DNA of 62,864 bases, from the IMG/VR virus record IMGVR_UViG_3300032241_001240, positions 1 to 62,864 of that record. One strand, given 5' to 3'. This DNA comes from a virus (Duplodnaviria > Caudoviricetes). Positions 38,061-47,470 of this stretch are shown one piece after another. The notes beneath the pieces were generated by a model, which was not told the DNA's origin, searched no databases, and worked only from the letters and a program-made list of their open reading frames with translations. The translations under genes and the position numbers were made by a program. Within the stretch, counting starts at the first letter, position 1. Each line of letters begins with the position of its first letter.

Positions 38061-39446
38061 TCATAAGCCAGCTGCGCACGAATTTATATACTGAGCTGCT
38101 TGATTACCAGCCGCTGAAACACAACCTGCTATGCATGTTGGAATTTGCGACAACGAACTAGACGTTGATGGTGTTTGACTACCAGACCCAGAGAATAATG
38201 AAGTCACTTGTTTTACACTGCCTGATGCAAACGATGATATCTGATTAACTCCGCTATTTAAATATGATGAAAATTGTGTTGGATTAGTCAAAGCTGCACC
38301 AAGACCTACAGACCCAAACGATACTATTTTACCGAGAACAGATGGGTTAAGCGCACCAAGTGCAGTGGTAGTACCAAGTAACGGAAGTGGATTAAAAGAC
38401 CCAAGTGCTGCAAGAGGATTAGACGCACCAGGAGCCAGTGATGCTTGTTGATTAATAAGAGTTTGAGCCGTTTGTGTAAATTGAGTAGGCGTAGGAATAT
38501 TACCACTTGGGTTTGATAAATTAGTAGTCAAATTAACAGGAGGTGTAGTGATATTTTGTGTAGCCGGAGAATTAAAGATTCTAGATTTTGCATCTGGATT
38601 TTTTATAACAGTTGAATTGGTAACACCATTGATGTAATCATCGGTATTATAGCCAAAATTTGGCATAAATCCAAGCGCATTATTTGGTGAGTTTGATCCA
38701 TTGTTAATTGGTTGGCCAAATGCAATATAATTGATAGCCTCATATTTAAATTGCACATTCACCTCTTCGGGATCGCTAGAAGAATAGTCAAATTGTTGCC
38801 AATCTATAGATGTAATTTTTGGATTCACATAACTCCATGCCGTAAATGTATTAGCAAACATTGCGTAAACTATGATATTAGTGAAAAAATTAGTATCATT
38901 GTTTACAATCGGTTGAAATCCCCATCCAGAATCCCAAGTCATGCTACTTGAATAAGGAGATTGCTCATAAGCCGCTGCTGGTGTAGAAGATTGATTAGAA
39001 AAACCAGCTTTTTGTCGACTATCAGCAAAATAATACGTAAAATAATCTACCCAGGTTGCTAATATACTATCGTCAACTGTATCGTGTAATCTAACAGAAG
39101 CTTCTCCGTATTCTATTTTCTTATAAACCAAAACTTTTTTATTATATTGGTTTAATTCTTCTGTTTGTAAATTTACCTTTGGTTTATCAACAGTTTTTAC
39201 TTTGAATGACATACCTCTACCACTAGGATCGGCGTAATTAGCCAATTGCGCGTTAGTCCCTATCATTTGCTGAGCAGACGGACCTAGAACGAATTGTACG
39301 TAAAATTCAAATTTAACTCGCGGAACTGCTTGCATAACATTTCCGGGAGAATTTACTCCAAATGCTCTAGTAGCAATCTGAGGAGATCGAAGACGTGTTA
39401 TGCCGCCTGCTGGCACAGTTGGATTGGTTGTAGTGGTACCGCTCAT
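38061..39446 (-). CDS. Tail-tube-related baseplate protein (gp54/gp48-like) with low-complexity C-terminus
   Basis: PRVKFEFYVQF, VKTVDKPK, LNQYN, HDTVD, FDYSS, F.YE (tube fold); probable start 39446. Confidence 0.72.
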   Translation of the reverse strand: MSGTTTTNPTVPAGGITRLRSPQIATRAFGVNSPGNVMQAVPRVKFEFYVQFVLGPSAQQMIGTNAQLANYADPSGRGMSFKVKTVDKPKVNLQTEELNQYNKKVLVYKKIEYGEASVRLHDTVDDSILATWVDYFTYYFADSRQKAGFSNQSSTPAAAYEQSPYSSSMTWDSGWGFQPIVNNDTNFFTNIIVYAMFANTFTAWSYVNPKITSIDWQQFDYSSSDPEEVNVQFKYEAINYIAFGQPINNGSNSPNNALGFMPNFGYNTDDYINGVTNSTVIKNPDAKSRIFNSPATQNITTPPVNLTTNLSNPSGNIPTPTQFTQTAQTLINQQASLAPGASNPLAALGSFNPLPLLGTTTALGALNPSVLGKIVSFGSVGLGAALTNPTQFSSYLNSGVNQISSFASGSVKQVTSLFSGSGSQTPSTSSSLSQIPTCIAGCVSAAGNQAAQYINSCAAGL

Positions 39447-39464
39447 ATATCTATTTATCAATTA

Positions 39465-39491
39465 AAAAACGGTGCAAGAAGCACCGTTTTT
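39465..39491 (-). terminator. Intrinsic terminator after the tail tube gene
   Basis: aaaaacggtgc / gcaccgttttt stem. Confidence 0.8.
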
Positions 39492-39518
39492 ATTTGAGCA
39501 ATAGAAGGTATAAATTTA

Positions 39519-40250
39519 TTAACCAGCAGCATTGGCACCAGAGGCTGCTGGTACACCAGTGATAGCTTCGTCACCTTGTGTTGCGTTGTCATACCGCACC
39601 GTTAGTGTGATCATTACAGGTTCAGAACTAGAAAAATCCAAACTGTCGTACGAAACTGTTTCCAAATAACAACCTTCGAGATACCATTGCTCAATAACAG
39701 GGCTTGAACTTACACCAGCGGCACTGGCAACAGCACCTATAACTGCACCTGCTGCTCCTCCTATTCCTGCCGCAACACCGCCGACCAATGCTCCTGCAGC
39801 ATTGGTAGCACCAACATTACCATTTAATGTTGAGATCATCATTTGAAATTTATAGTTATAACCAGCAGAGGCAGCCGACTGCGTATAATGGTTCATTTGT
39901 TTTTGAAGTTGATAACTTACACTAGATGTTATACCATTGGTGATATCATCTCTAAGAGTCAATTCAATTGGTTGCCATTCTGGCTTTTGTGCAATATACA
40001 TCACGTTGTTATAACTATGCAACGGAGTATTATTGAACTGAATACTCGGGCGACCGCAGGTAGCAACCTGTTGAGTGAAAATCTGAGGTGTAGTTGCTAT
40101 ACCAAAGTTAGTTACAGTTACCTGAAACCTGTGTTTAAGCTTTGGCATTAATATACCAAGGCCTGATCCAGACGCGTTTGGTAATACAGGTACACCAAAC
40201 TTATTAAGTGTGGTTCCTTGAGTGTTAAATTGCGGCACGCTAGCAGCCAT
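39519..40250 (-). CDS. Tail tube protein (gp19-like)
   Basis: LMPKLKHRFQV, RPSI, WQPIELTLRDD, W.LEGC, LDFSSSEPV.I.LTVRYDNA. Confidence 0.88.
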   Translation of the reverse strand: MAASVPQFNTQGTTLNKFGVPVLPNASGSGLGILMPKLKHRFQVTVTNFGIATTPQIFTQQVATCGRPSIQFNNTPLHSYNNVMYIAQKPEWQPIELTLRDDITNGITSSVSYQLQKQMNHYTQSAASAGYNYKFQMMISTLNGNVGATNAAGALVGGVAAGIGGAAGAVIGAVASAAGVSSSPVIEQWYLEGCYLETVSYDSLDFSSSEPVMITLTVRYDNATQGDEAITGVPAASGANAAG

Positions 40251-40313
40251 GTGATACCTCCATATGTGTATAGCTATTTATGTCGTGCGACAATTTTTTG
40301 AAATGGCGGTATA

Positions 40314-40868
40314 TTAGGCCGGACAACACACAAGATGGATACGAGGTGTCCATCTACCGTTATAGATAAAATGTTCTCTAGTTGTATCTACTTTATACCA
40401 ATAACCGTCAGCCGGAATATGATAACATATTGAGCGTACATTGTTGTTATCAAAACATTCTCCGAAAATACTGTTTTGATTAGTTTGCAAGACTAAATGA
40501 TATCTCGGTTCTTTGTCGATATGCATACTTAAACCAGTTTTTGAGTTAGACAGTCGAAAGGTTACTCTACCCCACGAAATACCTTCTAATTGTGCTAGTT
40601 CTTCAAGTAATGACCGAGTATATAACGGACAATTGTCATTCCATTGCGAAAAATCTTTTTCAACAGCAGTAAATTGTTGAGTAGATCTATCATATAGCGT
40701 GCTTGTTGACGAATCTATCCATTGGTCTGCACAATTTGGTCTATGCCTAAGTCCTATGATATTGTCTGGTTCCCATTTTTTAAAATTTTCAGTAATATAT
40801 GTAAGATCAGCAAGAACCGACGTTATATCTGCTTTATAAGAAAGTTTTTGAATAAAATCGGTCATCAT
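40314..40868 (-). CDS. 2OG-Fe(II) oxygenase (AspH/proline-hydroxylase-like)
   Basis: GRV...LSMHID...RYHLVLQTN...DTTREH..YN....RIHLV (HxD...H triad). Confidence 0.8.
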   Translation of the reverse strand: MMTDFIQKLSYKADITSVLADLTYITENFKKWEPDNIIGLRHRPNCADQWIDSSTSTLYDRSTQQFTAVEKDFSQWNDNCPLYTRSLLEELAQLEGISWGRVTFRLSNSKTGLSMHIDKEPRYHLVLQTNQNSIFGECFDNNNVRSICYHIPADGYWYKVDTTREHFIYNGRWTPRIHLVCCPA

Positions 40869-41428
40869 GTTTTTCCTATAATCATAAATCTAGAAAATTT
40901 CCAGGTAGGGTAATCAAAATTTAACTGACCTTTATAAAATACATGGTCAAGTTTAAAAGCGTCAGTAAATTGATCACATGTATCGAAACAAAAATGATGA
41001 TCCTCGTGGACCATATTATTACTTTGAAGCGCAACCAATGTACCAGAAGGTATAACATCAAACCATTCTGTTGATGTAAAATGTTCTGTGCTGCAATTAA
41101 TTATTAGATCAGGTTTTTCGTTTTCGAAGTCAACTTTATTACAATCAGCGGTTATTGCTTTGAATTGCCATTGTTGCCATATCCAATTTTCTAACAATGC
41201 ATCTGCTATAGGTTCACAATCAGGATCGATATCGAAACTACGAATATGTTTAATTGGAAATTTTTGTCTCGATAATAATAAAAAACTTGCTATACCATAC
41301 CAGCCGCCATATACCCAAATAATTTGCGGCGTTTGCAGATTAAGATTTTCAAGTTCTTGACATAACCAAAGTTTACTAGAAATTTGCCCGCTGCTATATG
41401 CATCTGTATCTATTTCTATTTTAGACAT
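40865..41428 (-). CDS. Class I SAM-dependent methyltransferase-like protein
   Basis: VYGGWYG, IRSFDIDP, ITADCN, DLIINCSTEH, LQSNN, RFMIIG. Confidence 0.75.
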   Translation of the reverse strand: MSKIEIDTDAYSSGQISSKLWLCQELENLNLQTPQIIWVYGGWYGIASFLLLSRQKFPIKHIRSFDIDPDCEPIADALLENWIWQQWQFKAITADCNKVDFENEKPDLIINCSTEHFTSTEWFDVIPSGTLVALQSNNMVHEDHHFCFDTCDQFTDAFKLDHVFYKGQLNFDYPTWKFSRFMIIGKT

Positions 41429-41454
41429 ACCTGGTGTATCTCCATTATATAATC

Positions 41455-41483
41455 ATAATAGCATCAAAACATTGTCAGATCAA
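41455..41483 (-). promoter_or_regulatory. Sigma70-like promoter TTGATC-N17-TATTAT
   Basis: Immediately after the sheath terminator and upstream of the MTase/oxygenase pair. Confidence 0.55.
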
Positions 41484-41484
41484 T

Positions 41485-41510
41485 AAAAAAGGGGCCTTAG
41501 GCCCCTTTTT
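41485..41510 (-). terminator. Intrinsic terminator after the tail sheath gene
   Basis: aaaaaggggcc-taa-ggcccctttttt. Confidence 0.85.
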
Positions 41511-41511
41511 A

Positions 41512-44500
41512 TTAGCCAACTCCACCGCCTGGCAACGGTGCACCAGTAGCTAGAACTCTTACAGGTATATAAATGAATTCAATTGCTATTTCTGGCTGTA
41601 TAGCTACGTCGATCCAAAGCTGGTTTGCATCGATGGTAGCAGGTGTGTTATTGCTGCTATCACAAACAACCGAGAAATCGTATAGTGCTCGTAATCCAAC
41701 CAAACTTTGTAGATACGAATTAAATACCGCCGTAACATTTTGTTGTGTTGTTGAATCGTTTTGTTCAAACAAGAACGGCTGCGCCAAGTTTGCCAGGTTA
41801 TAAGATAGATAGGCACACAATCTTGCAACATTGATACGATCGAGTGCGGTTTGTAGAGGATCAAGAGTTTTTTGACCAAACACAACAAGACCGCGACCTA
41901 CCATATATGCTATTGGATTAATGTCGTTAGAGTATAACACATCTCTCTGACCTTGGTTGAGTGTTACTGGTATGTAATTACCAGAAGAATCAAGATATCC
42001 TACACTTGATACCACACTAACTAGACCTCTGTTAAACCCTGCCGGTGCAAACCATACATAACTAACCGAATCGCTGTATGCAATTGTGGTAAGAGCAATT
42101 AAACTTGGCGGTACAACAACATTGTTACCTTGTAAATCACTGGTAAGACCCCATGGGTACCAAAGAGCAAGATAAGAGCTGTGTGTCACTAATCCAACTG
42201 ATCCGTCTGTTGCTGCATTAGCAGCATTGGTTGCCCAGTTCTGTATGCTTGTTCCAGTTGGTTGTAGAGTACTCGGGGTATCTCCTACTACAAATGCAAC
42301 ATTATTAATGTCAACATTTAATTGAACCATTTGTGCAATACATTCTGGATAACCAGGAGTTGAAATTAGGTTGAAATAGTTTTGCTCGGCTCTTGCATCT
42401 GTGCTGTCTTCTATTGCTGCATTTAATGCATTAACAATTACTGCTCGTTGAGCAGCAGAACCCATATAAGGTGTACCATCTGGCGCATTACCACTAAAGG
42501 TTACCCAAGTATCAGTAGGATATTCCGTACCATAATTTTGTGGGAAGTAATTAACTGTCCATCTTTTTACGTTATATGTGCTGTAACGAGTATTGAATAG
42601 CAGTATATACGGAGGATATAGTAATGCATCGGGGCAATCTGGGTCAACATAATTGCTTAGAACCATTGCCGACGGTAAAGTTGATCCGTCTGTCATACCA
42701 TTTGATGTGTAACGTGCATCTGCAAATATTACTCCGGCACTATTGATGTGATCAGTATTATCAATCAATACCCATGTTGCAGTTGATGCATTGTAACGAT
42801 ATATAGCTGGATATGGTACAATGTCGGTGTTTACCCAAATATCATAATCAACTAGTGCAGCACCTGTGCTTTGTGTTGTTGGTGTAGCAGAGCTCAATAT
42901 AGGTCCATTCGGGTCTGTTCCAGGATACATATTTCGATAACCTACCCATTCCTGCCCATTGTTGACCATTATATCAACCTTCAATGCGGTATTGTACCAT
43001 AGTGTACCATCTAACGGAGGTCCGGCTGGGGCAACTAGACTCGGAACGTATACCAATGATTCCCAAGCAGAACCGCTCCAAACTCGCAACATGATGTTGC
43101 CAATGCTTGGGGTAGAACCGTATGCATTATATTGTCCGTAAATGCTTCCTAGGCCTTTTAGAGCACCAAATGCAGTATTAGCAGCAGCATCCGAACTATA
43201 AAGAGGAATAGAACCAGTATTTGGGACCGTATTTTGTTGTACCCATGTACCGTTTTCATAACGCTTAACTACAATATTAGCTCCTAATCCGCCTGCCGTT
43301 GTGTTGATCCAAACATTGTTTGCTTTCAACGCTGCAGGTGTCGACGGTACAGTATTTGTAGGTTGATAACCTTGATATATCAATCCTCTAGCAAATTTTG
43401 TGCCTGTTGCTATTCCGGAATTATGTAACGGGGTACCATGTAGATCTTGCACAGCAAATGCGGTGCCGTTGTTGTTTGTTATAACCAATTTATTATTCGA
43501 AACCGATGCTACAATTGGCCCAACTGGGAACATTAGATTGATCTGATTTGCAACATCTGCAACAGACACTGATGATTCACTAGATGTTAATGCTGGTACA
43601 TGAACTATAGTAGGAGATAACCCAGGAAGCGCAATACTGAAACTATCACTGGTTAGCCATGTTGATGTTATATTAAATAATGCATCTGATCCACTTCCTC
43701 CGGTGATTGAGATCGGATTTGTTGGATATACACTATAATTACCAGGAGTAGACACTGTTACAGTGTTAATACCCCATGTGAGGTCAACAGTTGCTCCTAT
43801 ACCACTACCACTTGTTGCACTAGGTGATGTGTTGGTTGTTGGCGGAGTAACTCCTGTATATTGTCCAGATTGTGTACCTAGAATGCTTACACTTGTAATA
43901 CCACCAGATCCATCGATCCCGTCAACAACAAGTATAGCAGGAGTTGTGTAATTTATATCATTGCTACCGAAAGTAAGAGTATCATTAACACGATAACCGC
44001 TGCCTGCAGAATTTGGTGAAGCGCCTACTACTTGAAGACTTGCAACAGTCAATGCTGTTTGAGTATTATATATGCCACCGACTACTGTTAGTATGTCACC
44101 GTTTAGATAATTGGACCCAGGTGTAACTACAGATGCAGACAATGTTTGCAATGTAGCTGCATTATAAGTTGGGTTTGCAACACTGCCTGTTACAGTAGCC
44201 CAGTAATTGTTACTAGTAGAAATACCAGCGTCGGCCCATATTGAACCAGGTTGTCCAGGAGGTGTTACGCCATTACCGTATTGATCAACTATATCATGTA
44301 AAAATATCTGCGAAGCATCATAATTTGTTATAGTCAGGTAATTGTTACCTCCTATGGTAGTGATAGATGCTACAGCATTGGTCCCTGATCCGCTATTTAA
44401 TGCGGTGTTTATTGCACCGACAACACCCGATAATGTAGGATTAAGTGACGGCACTGTAATTGTTAACGGAGAACCTGTTCCAATTTGTATAATAGCCATA

Positions 44501-45657
44501 TCATTAGCATTAAAGGTTGGATTAGGTGTTGATCCTATTAATACAGACGGGACTGCGCTGGTCCACGAAAAACCTGGATTTTCACTTTCTGTTGTTCCTA
44601 CTTCGAACCACCAATTTGTTGTTGTATTGCTAGTAGTTAATGTAAGCATTTGAAACATAGTGTTATTCATTTCAAATGTTACTTCGCCTTCGTCGTTGGT
44701 AATTGCATCATACAATGTGTTGATAGCATATGTACCGGTACTGCCGAACGATGTCACAGGTTGTATGTAGTTAGCTGGTGAAGGGTTACCGTCACCTAAG
44801 TTGGTTGTAAATCCAAGATCTATAAGTATTTGATTAGTCGAGTTAACAAAAGAAATAGGTTGCTGATAATTACTGCTGATGACTCGTAAGCTGAAAATAT
44901 CTCCAGTAGCACTAGCAGTAGGAGAATATTTTCCTTGTCTAACAAATATAACTGCTGAAATACCAATTAATTGTAGGTTAGTGTTGGTGTTGATATTGCT
45001 AGCTACTTGTGCTAGACTTTGACCTGCTGTCATACCAACAGCTATTCCGTTAATTACGAGGTTACCTGACGAAGTAATGCAAGGTGCTGATCCGCTAACA
45101 ATAGGAACGGTACTATTACCTTGAACTAACAAGTTCAGCTGAGCTGCATTAGATATTATACTTGGAGTCTGAGACTGCCAAGTATACGCGGGATTTATGT
45201 TGCCATTGCTTTGAAAAATTCCCCAAGTTGACTGAGAAGTATCTAACCAATATGTACCGTTAACAGTTGGTCCAGTTGGTGCTACCGTGGTTGGTATCAA
45301 TTGATCTAGATCGATGTCAGCTCTTATGACATATGCGGTTGTTGCAACACCAAGATATGTATACAACGTAAACAAACCAAGTTCATTTAATTCATTGTTG
45401 TATTGCACAGATCCTGCGGCACTATAGAATGTTGGATTACCAAATGTTTGTAATGCATCACGTTGGCTGGTAATTAGATATAGATCTCCTGCGTTTTGCG
45501 GAAGAGTTCCGGGGGCCACAGTGGTGCCACCTGGTGCAATTTTATTAGCAGATGTAGCTATTACGATTAGCGGTACAGTTCCAGGACCTGACGTGCCATA
45601 AGCAGACTGATCGATTATACTTACTTTTACGCCCGGAGAAACTAATGAACCTGACAT
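41512..45657 (-). CDS. Tail sheath protein (gp18-like), expanded to 1381 aa
   Basis: LVSPGV.V.IID N-terminus; WFAPAGFNRG, INPI, VFGQKT, DRINVARL, FEQND, CD.SNNT, IEFIYIP C-terminus. Confidence 0.95.
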   Translation of the reverse strand: MSGSLVSPGVKVSIIDQSAYGTSGPGTVPLIVIATSANKIAPGGTTVAPGTLPQNAGDLYLITSQRDALQTFGNPTFYSAAGSVQYNNELNELGLFTLYTYLGVATTAYVIRADIDLDQLIPTTVAPTGPTVNGTYWLDTSQSTWGIFQSNGNINPAYTWQSQTPSIISNAAQLNLLVQGNSTVPIVSGSAPCITSSGNLVINGIAVGMTAGQSLAQVASNINTNTNLQLIGISAVIFVRQGKYSPTASATGDIFSLRVISSNYQQPISFVNSTNQILIDLGFTTNLGDGNPSPANYIQPVTSFGSTGTYAINTLYDAITNDEGEVTFEMNNTMFQMLTLTTSNTTTNWWFEVGTTESENPGFSWTSAVPSVLIGSTPNPTFNANDMAIIQIGTGSPLTITVPSLNPTLSGVVGAINTALNSGSGTNAVASITTIGGNNYLTITNYDASQIFLHDIVDQYGNGVTPPGQPGSIWADAGISTSNNYWATVTGSVANPTYNAATLQTLSASVVTPGSNYLNGDILTVVGGIYNTQTALTVASLQVVGASPNSAGSGYRVNDTLTFGSNDINYTTPAILVVDGIDGSGGITSVSILGTQSGQYTGVTPPTTNTSPSATSGSGIGATVDLTWGINTVTVSTPGNYSVYPTNPISITGGSGSDALFNITSTWLTSDSFSIALPGLSPTIVHVPALTSSESSVSVADVANQINLMFPVGPIVASVSNNKLVITNNNGTAFAVQDLHGTPLHNSGIATGTKFARGLIYQGYQPTNTVPSTPAALKANNVWINTTAGGLGANIVVKRYENGTWVQQNTVPNTGSIPLYSSDAAANTAFGALKGLGSIYGQYNAYGSTPSIGNIMLRVWSGSAWESLVYVPSLVAPAGPPLDGTLWYNTALKVDIMVNNGQEWVGYRNMYPGTDPNGPILSSATPTTQSTGAALVDYDIWVNTDIVPYPAIYRYNASTATWVLIDNTDHINSAGVIFADARYTSNGMTDGSTLPSAMVLSNYVDPDCPDALLYPPYILLFNTRYSTYNVKRWTVNYFPQNYGTEYPTDTWVTFSGNAPDGTPYMGSAAQRAVIVNALNAAIEDSTDARAEQNYFNLISTPGYPECIAQMVQLNVDINNVAFVVGDTPSTLQPTGTSIQNWATNAANAATDGSVGLVTHSSYLALWYPWGLTSDLQGNNVVVPPSLIALTTIAYSDSVSYVWFAPAGFNRGLVSVVSSVGYLDSSGNYIPVTLNQGQRDVLYSNDINPIAYMVGRGLVVFGQKTLDPLQTALDRINVARLCAYLSYNLANLAQPFLFEQNDSTTQQNVTAVFNSYLQSLVGLRALYDFSVVCDSSNNTPATIDANQLWIDVAIQPEIAIEFIYIPVRVLATGAPLPGGGVG

Positions 45658-45776
45658 GATTTACCTCGCCATGAAAAAATGTGTTGTATCCTATTTATCA
45701 AAGCCTTCTTAAAATCATGAGGATTTCGTACCGACTATAGTTGACCTATCAACGATTATCATATAAGTTTATAATT

Positions 45777-46382
45777 ATGTCACAAAAAATTATAGGTATT
45801 GTAGGTTTCATTGGTAGCGGTAAGGGGACCGTCGGAAACTATCTAGTAAATAATTACAAATTCAAATCAGTTAGTTTTGCAAGCAGTCTGAAGGATGTAA
45901 CTGCTGCAATATTTGGATGGCCAAGGACTTTATTAGAAGGTGATACTGAAGAAAGTAGAGAGTGGCGAGAACAGGTCGACACATATTGGTCTAAGAAATT
46001 AGGATGCCAAATAACCCCTAGACAGGCATTACAGCAATTGGGCACCGATGTTATTCGAAATAATTTTTTTGATAATATATGGGTCGCAAGTCTCGAACGT
46101 AAAATAATGCAAGAACCCGGCAACATTGTTGTTACTGATGCGCGTTATCCAAATGAAATTGAAATGATACGCAAAATGAACGGCGAATTATGGTGGGTAC
46201 AACGCGGAGATTTGCCTCAATGGTATCAGTGTGCATTACACCTGCCATTGAATATGCCTTCTGCATGGCCGTCAGTGCATTCTAGCGAATATATATGGGT
46301 AAGTTGTGGCCCGTTTTCACTTATAAAAAACGACGGATCTTTAGAAGATTTGTATAAACAAGTAGTAGATGCATTGATATGA
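45777..46382 (+). CDS. Deoxynucleoside monophosphate kinase (T4 gp1-like)
   Basis: IIGIVGFIGSGKGT, SFASSLKD, TPRQALQQLGT, TDARYPNE, NDGSLEDL. Confidence 0.9.
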   Translation: MSQKIIGIVGFIGSGKGTVGNYLVNNYKFKSVSFASSLKDVTAAIFGWPRTLLEGDTEESREWREQVDTYWSKKLGCQITPRQALQQLGTDVIRNNFFDNIWVASLERKIMQEPGNIVVTDARYPNEIEMIRKMNGELWWVQRGDLPQWYQCALHLPLNMPSAWPSVHSSEYIWVSCGPFSLIKNDGSLEDLYKQVVDALI

Positions 46383-46942
46383 CACCGATATGTTTTAGCG
46401 GCGGCGCACACGGTGCCGATCATGCATGGGGATTAATGGCAATTGATCGCGGGCATGATCTCATACATTATTCGTTTCCTAAACATAAACCTGCAGAAGA
46501 TAAATTTGTCAGGAGACTGAGTCGAGAAGAGCTTGATGAAGCCAACGACTATGTTGCACAAGCAGCAAAGACTATGAGAAGGAAATGGCCTAGCAAAAAT
46601 CCAATAGTCAATGACTTATTACGAAGAAATTATTATCAAATTCGTGATACTGAGAGAGTATATGCTATAGCCAATTATATACCAGATGATAAGAGCCCAT
46701 TAAAAATATCCGGCGGAACTCACTATGCTTGTCAAATGTATGTAGATAGATGGTACAGAGATCCAACTTTAAAAGAATGCGAATTATATCTATATGATAT
46801 GGTAACAAATAAATGGATGCAATGGTGGGAAACGTGGGAGGAGATAGCATCTCCTCCGGCCCCATATGGTCGTTATACAGGAATAGGTAGCAGAGATATA
46901 ACAGACGACGGCATACGTGCTATTTTTACAGTTTATGGATAA
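46379..46942 (+). CDS. SLOG/DprA-like nucleotide-binding protein
   Basis: SGGAHGAD, LLRRNYYQ, SGGT, GIGSR. Confidence 0.65.
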   Translation: MTPICFSGGAHGADHAWGLMAIDRGHDLIHYSFPKHKPAEDKFVRRLSREELDEANDYVAQAAKTMRRKWPSKNPIVNDLLRRNYYQIRDTERVYAIANYIPDDKSPLKISGGTHYACQMYVDRWYRDPTLKECELYLYDMVTNKWMQWWETWEEIASPPAPYGRYTGIGSRDITDDGIRAIFTVYG

Positions 46943-47424
46943 AGAGAAAGACCTTTGAAAATAGCAGTAAATTTAGGATCTTTACGATCTCCTAAATAAT
47001 ATGCACAAGTCAATTCTGGTCTAACCATTAAAACTTTACCGTTTTCTAAAACCTCAACGATCCTTATCTCAGAATATGGATGTTGAGGTATCAATTGAGC
47101 AATTTCCATATTTTCTACAATAAACGGATAGCTTGGATCAGTAATACTGCCGGTAAGACATTCTACATTAGATGATTCTTGCATTAACTTGCATTGTATA
47201 ATATCATCGATACTAGCACCAAGGACTATTGTAGTATTGAACCCATCTGCCCCGCTAGCTGCACCGTCGTCGATGTAATCTAATAAAAGCTGTCTTCCGT
47301 TGTAATGATGTGTTAGCTGAACGCCTGCGTGATGCACTTGCGCGGCTGCCTTTCCGGGATTCATGCTAGGCAAATCTGTACGCAATAAAACATAAACCGC
47401 TAGATTTCGTTCATTATTTTCCAT
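46933..47424 (-). CDS. Peptidyl-tRNA hydrolase 2 (Pth2)-like protein
   Basis: YVLLRTDLPSMNPGKAAAQVHHA matches the Pth2 N-terminal signature; TIVL, TD, LTC..LG, LSLYP. Confidence 0.7.
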   Translation of the reverse strand: MENNERNLAVYVLLRTDLPSMNPGKAAAQVHHAGVQLTHHYNGRQLLLDYIDDGAASGADGFNTTIVLGASIDDIIQCKLMQESSNVECLTGSITDPSYPFIVENMEIAQLIPQHPYSEIRIVEVLENGKVLMVRPELTCAYYLGDRKDPKFTAIFKGLSLYP

Positions 47425-47470
47425 GTAATAACTCCTATTATTAGTAGAGTAACATGAAATATTTTAGACG

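Noticed and set aside
41573-44653. Multiple plus-strand ORFs inside the sheath gene, and similar 60-140 aa antisense ORFs elsewhere
   Set aside because: Antisense shadows of long genes, with no SD or recognisable motifs.
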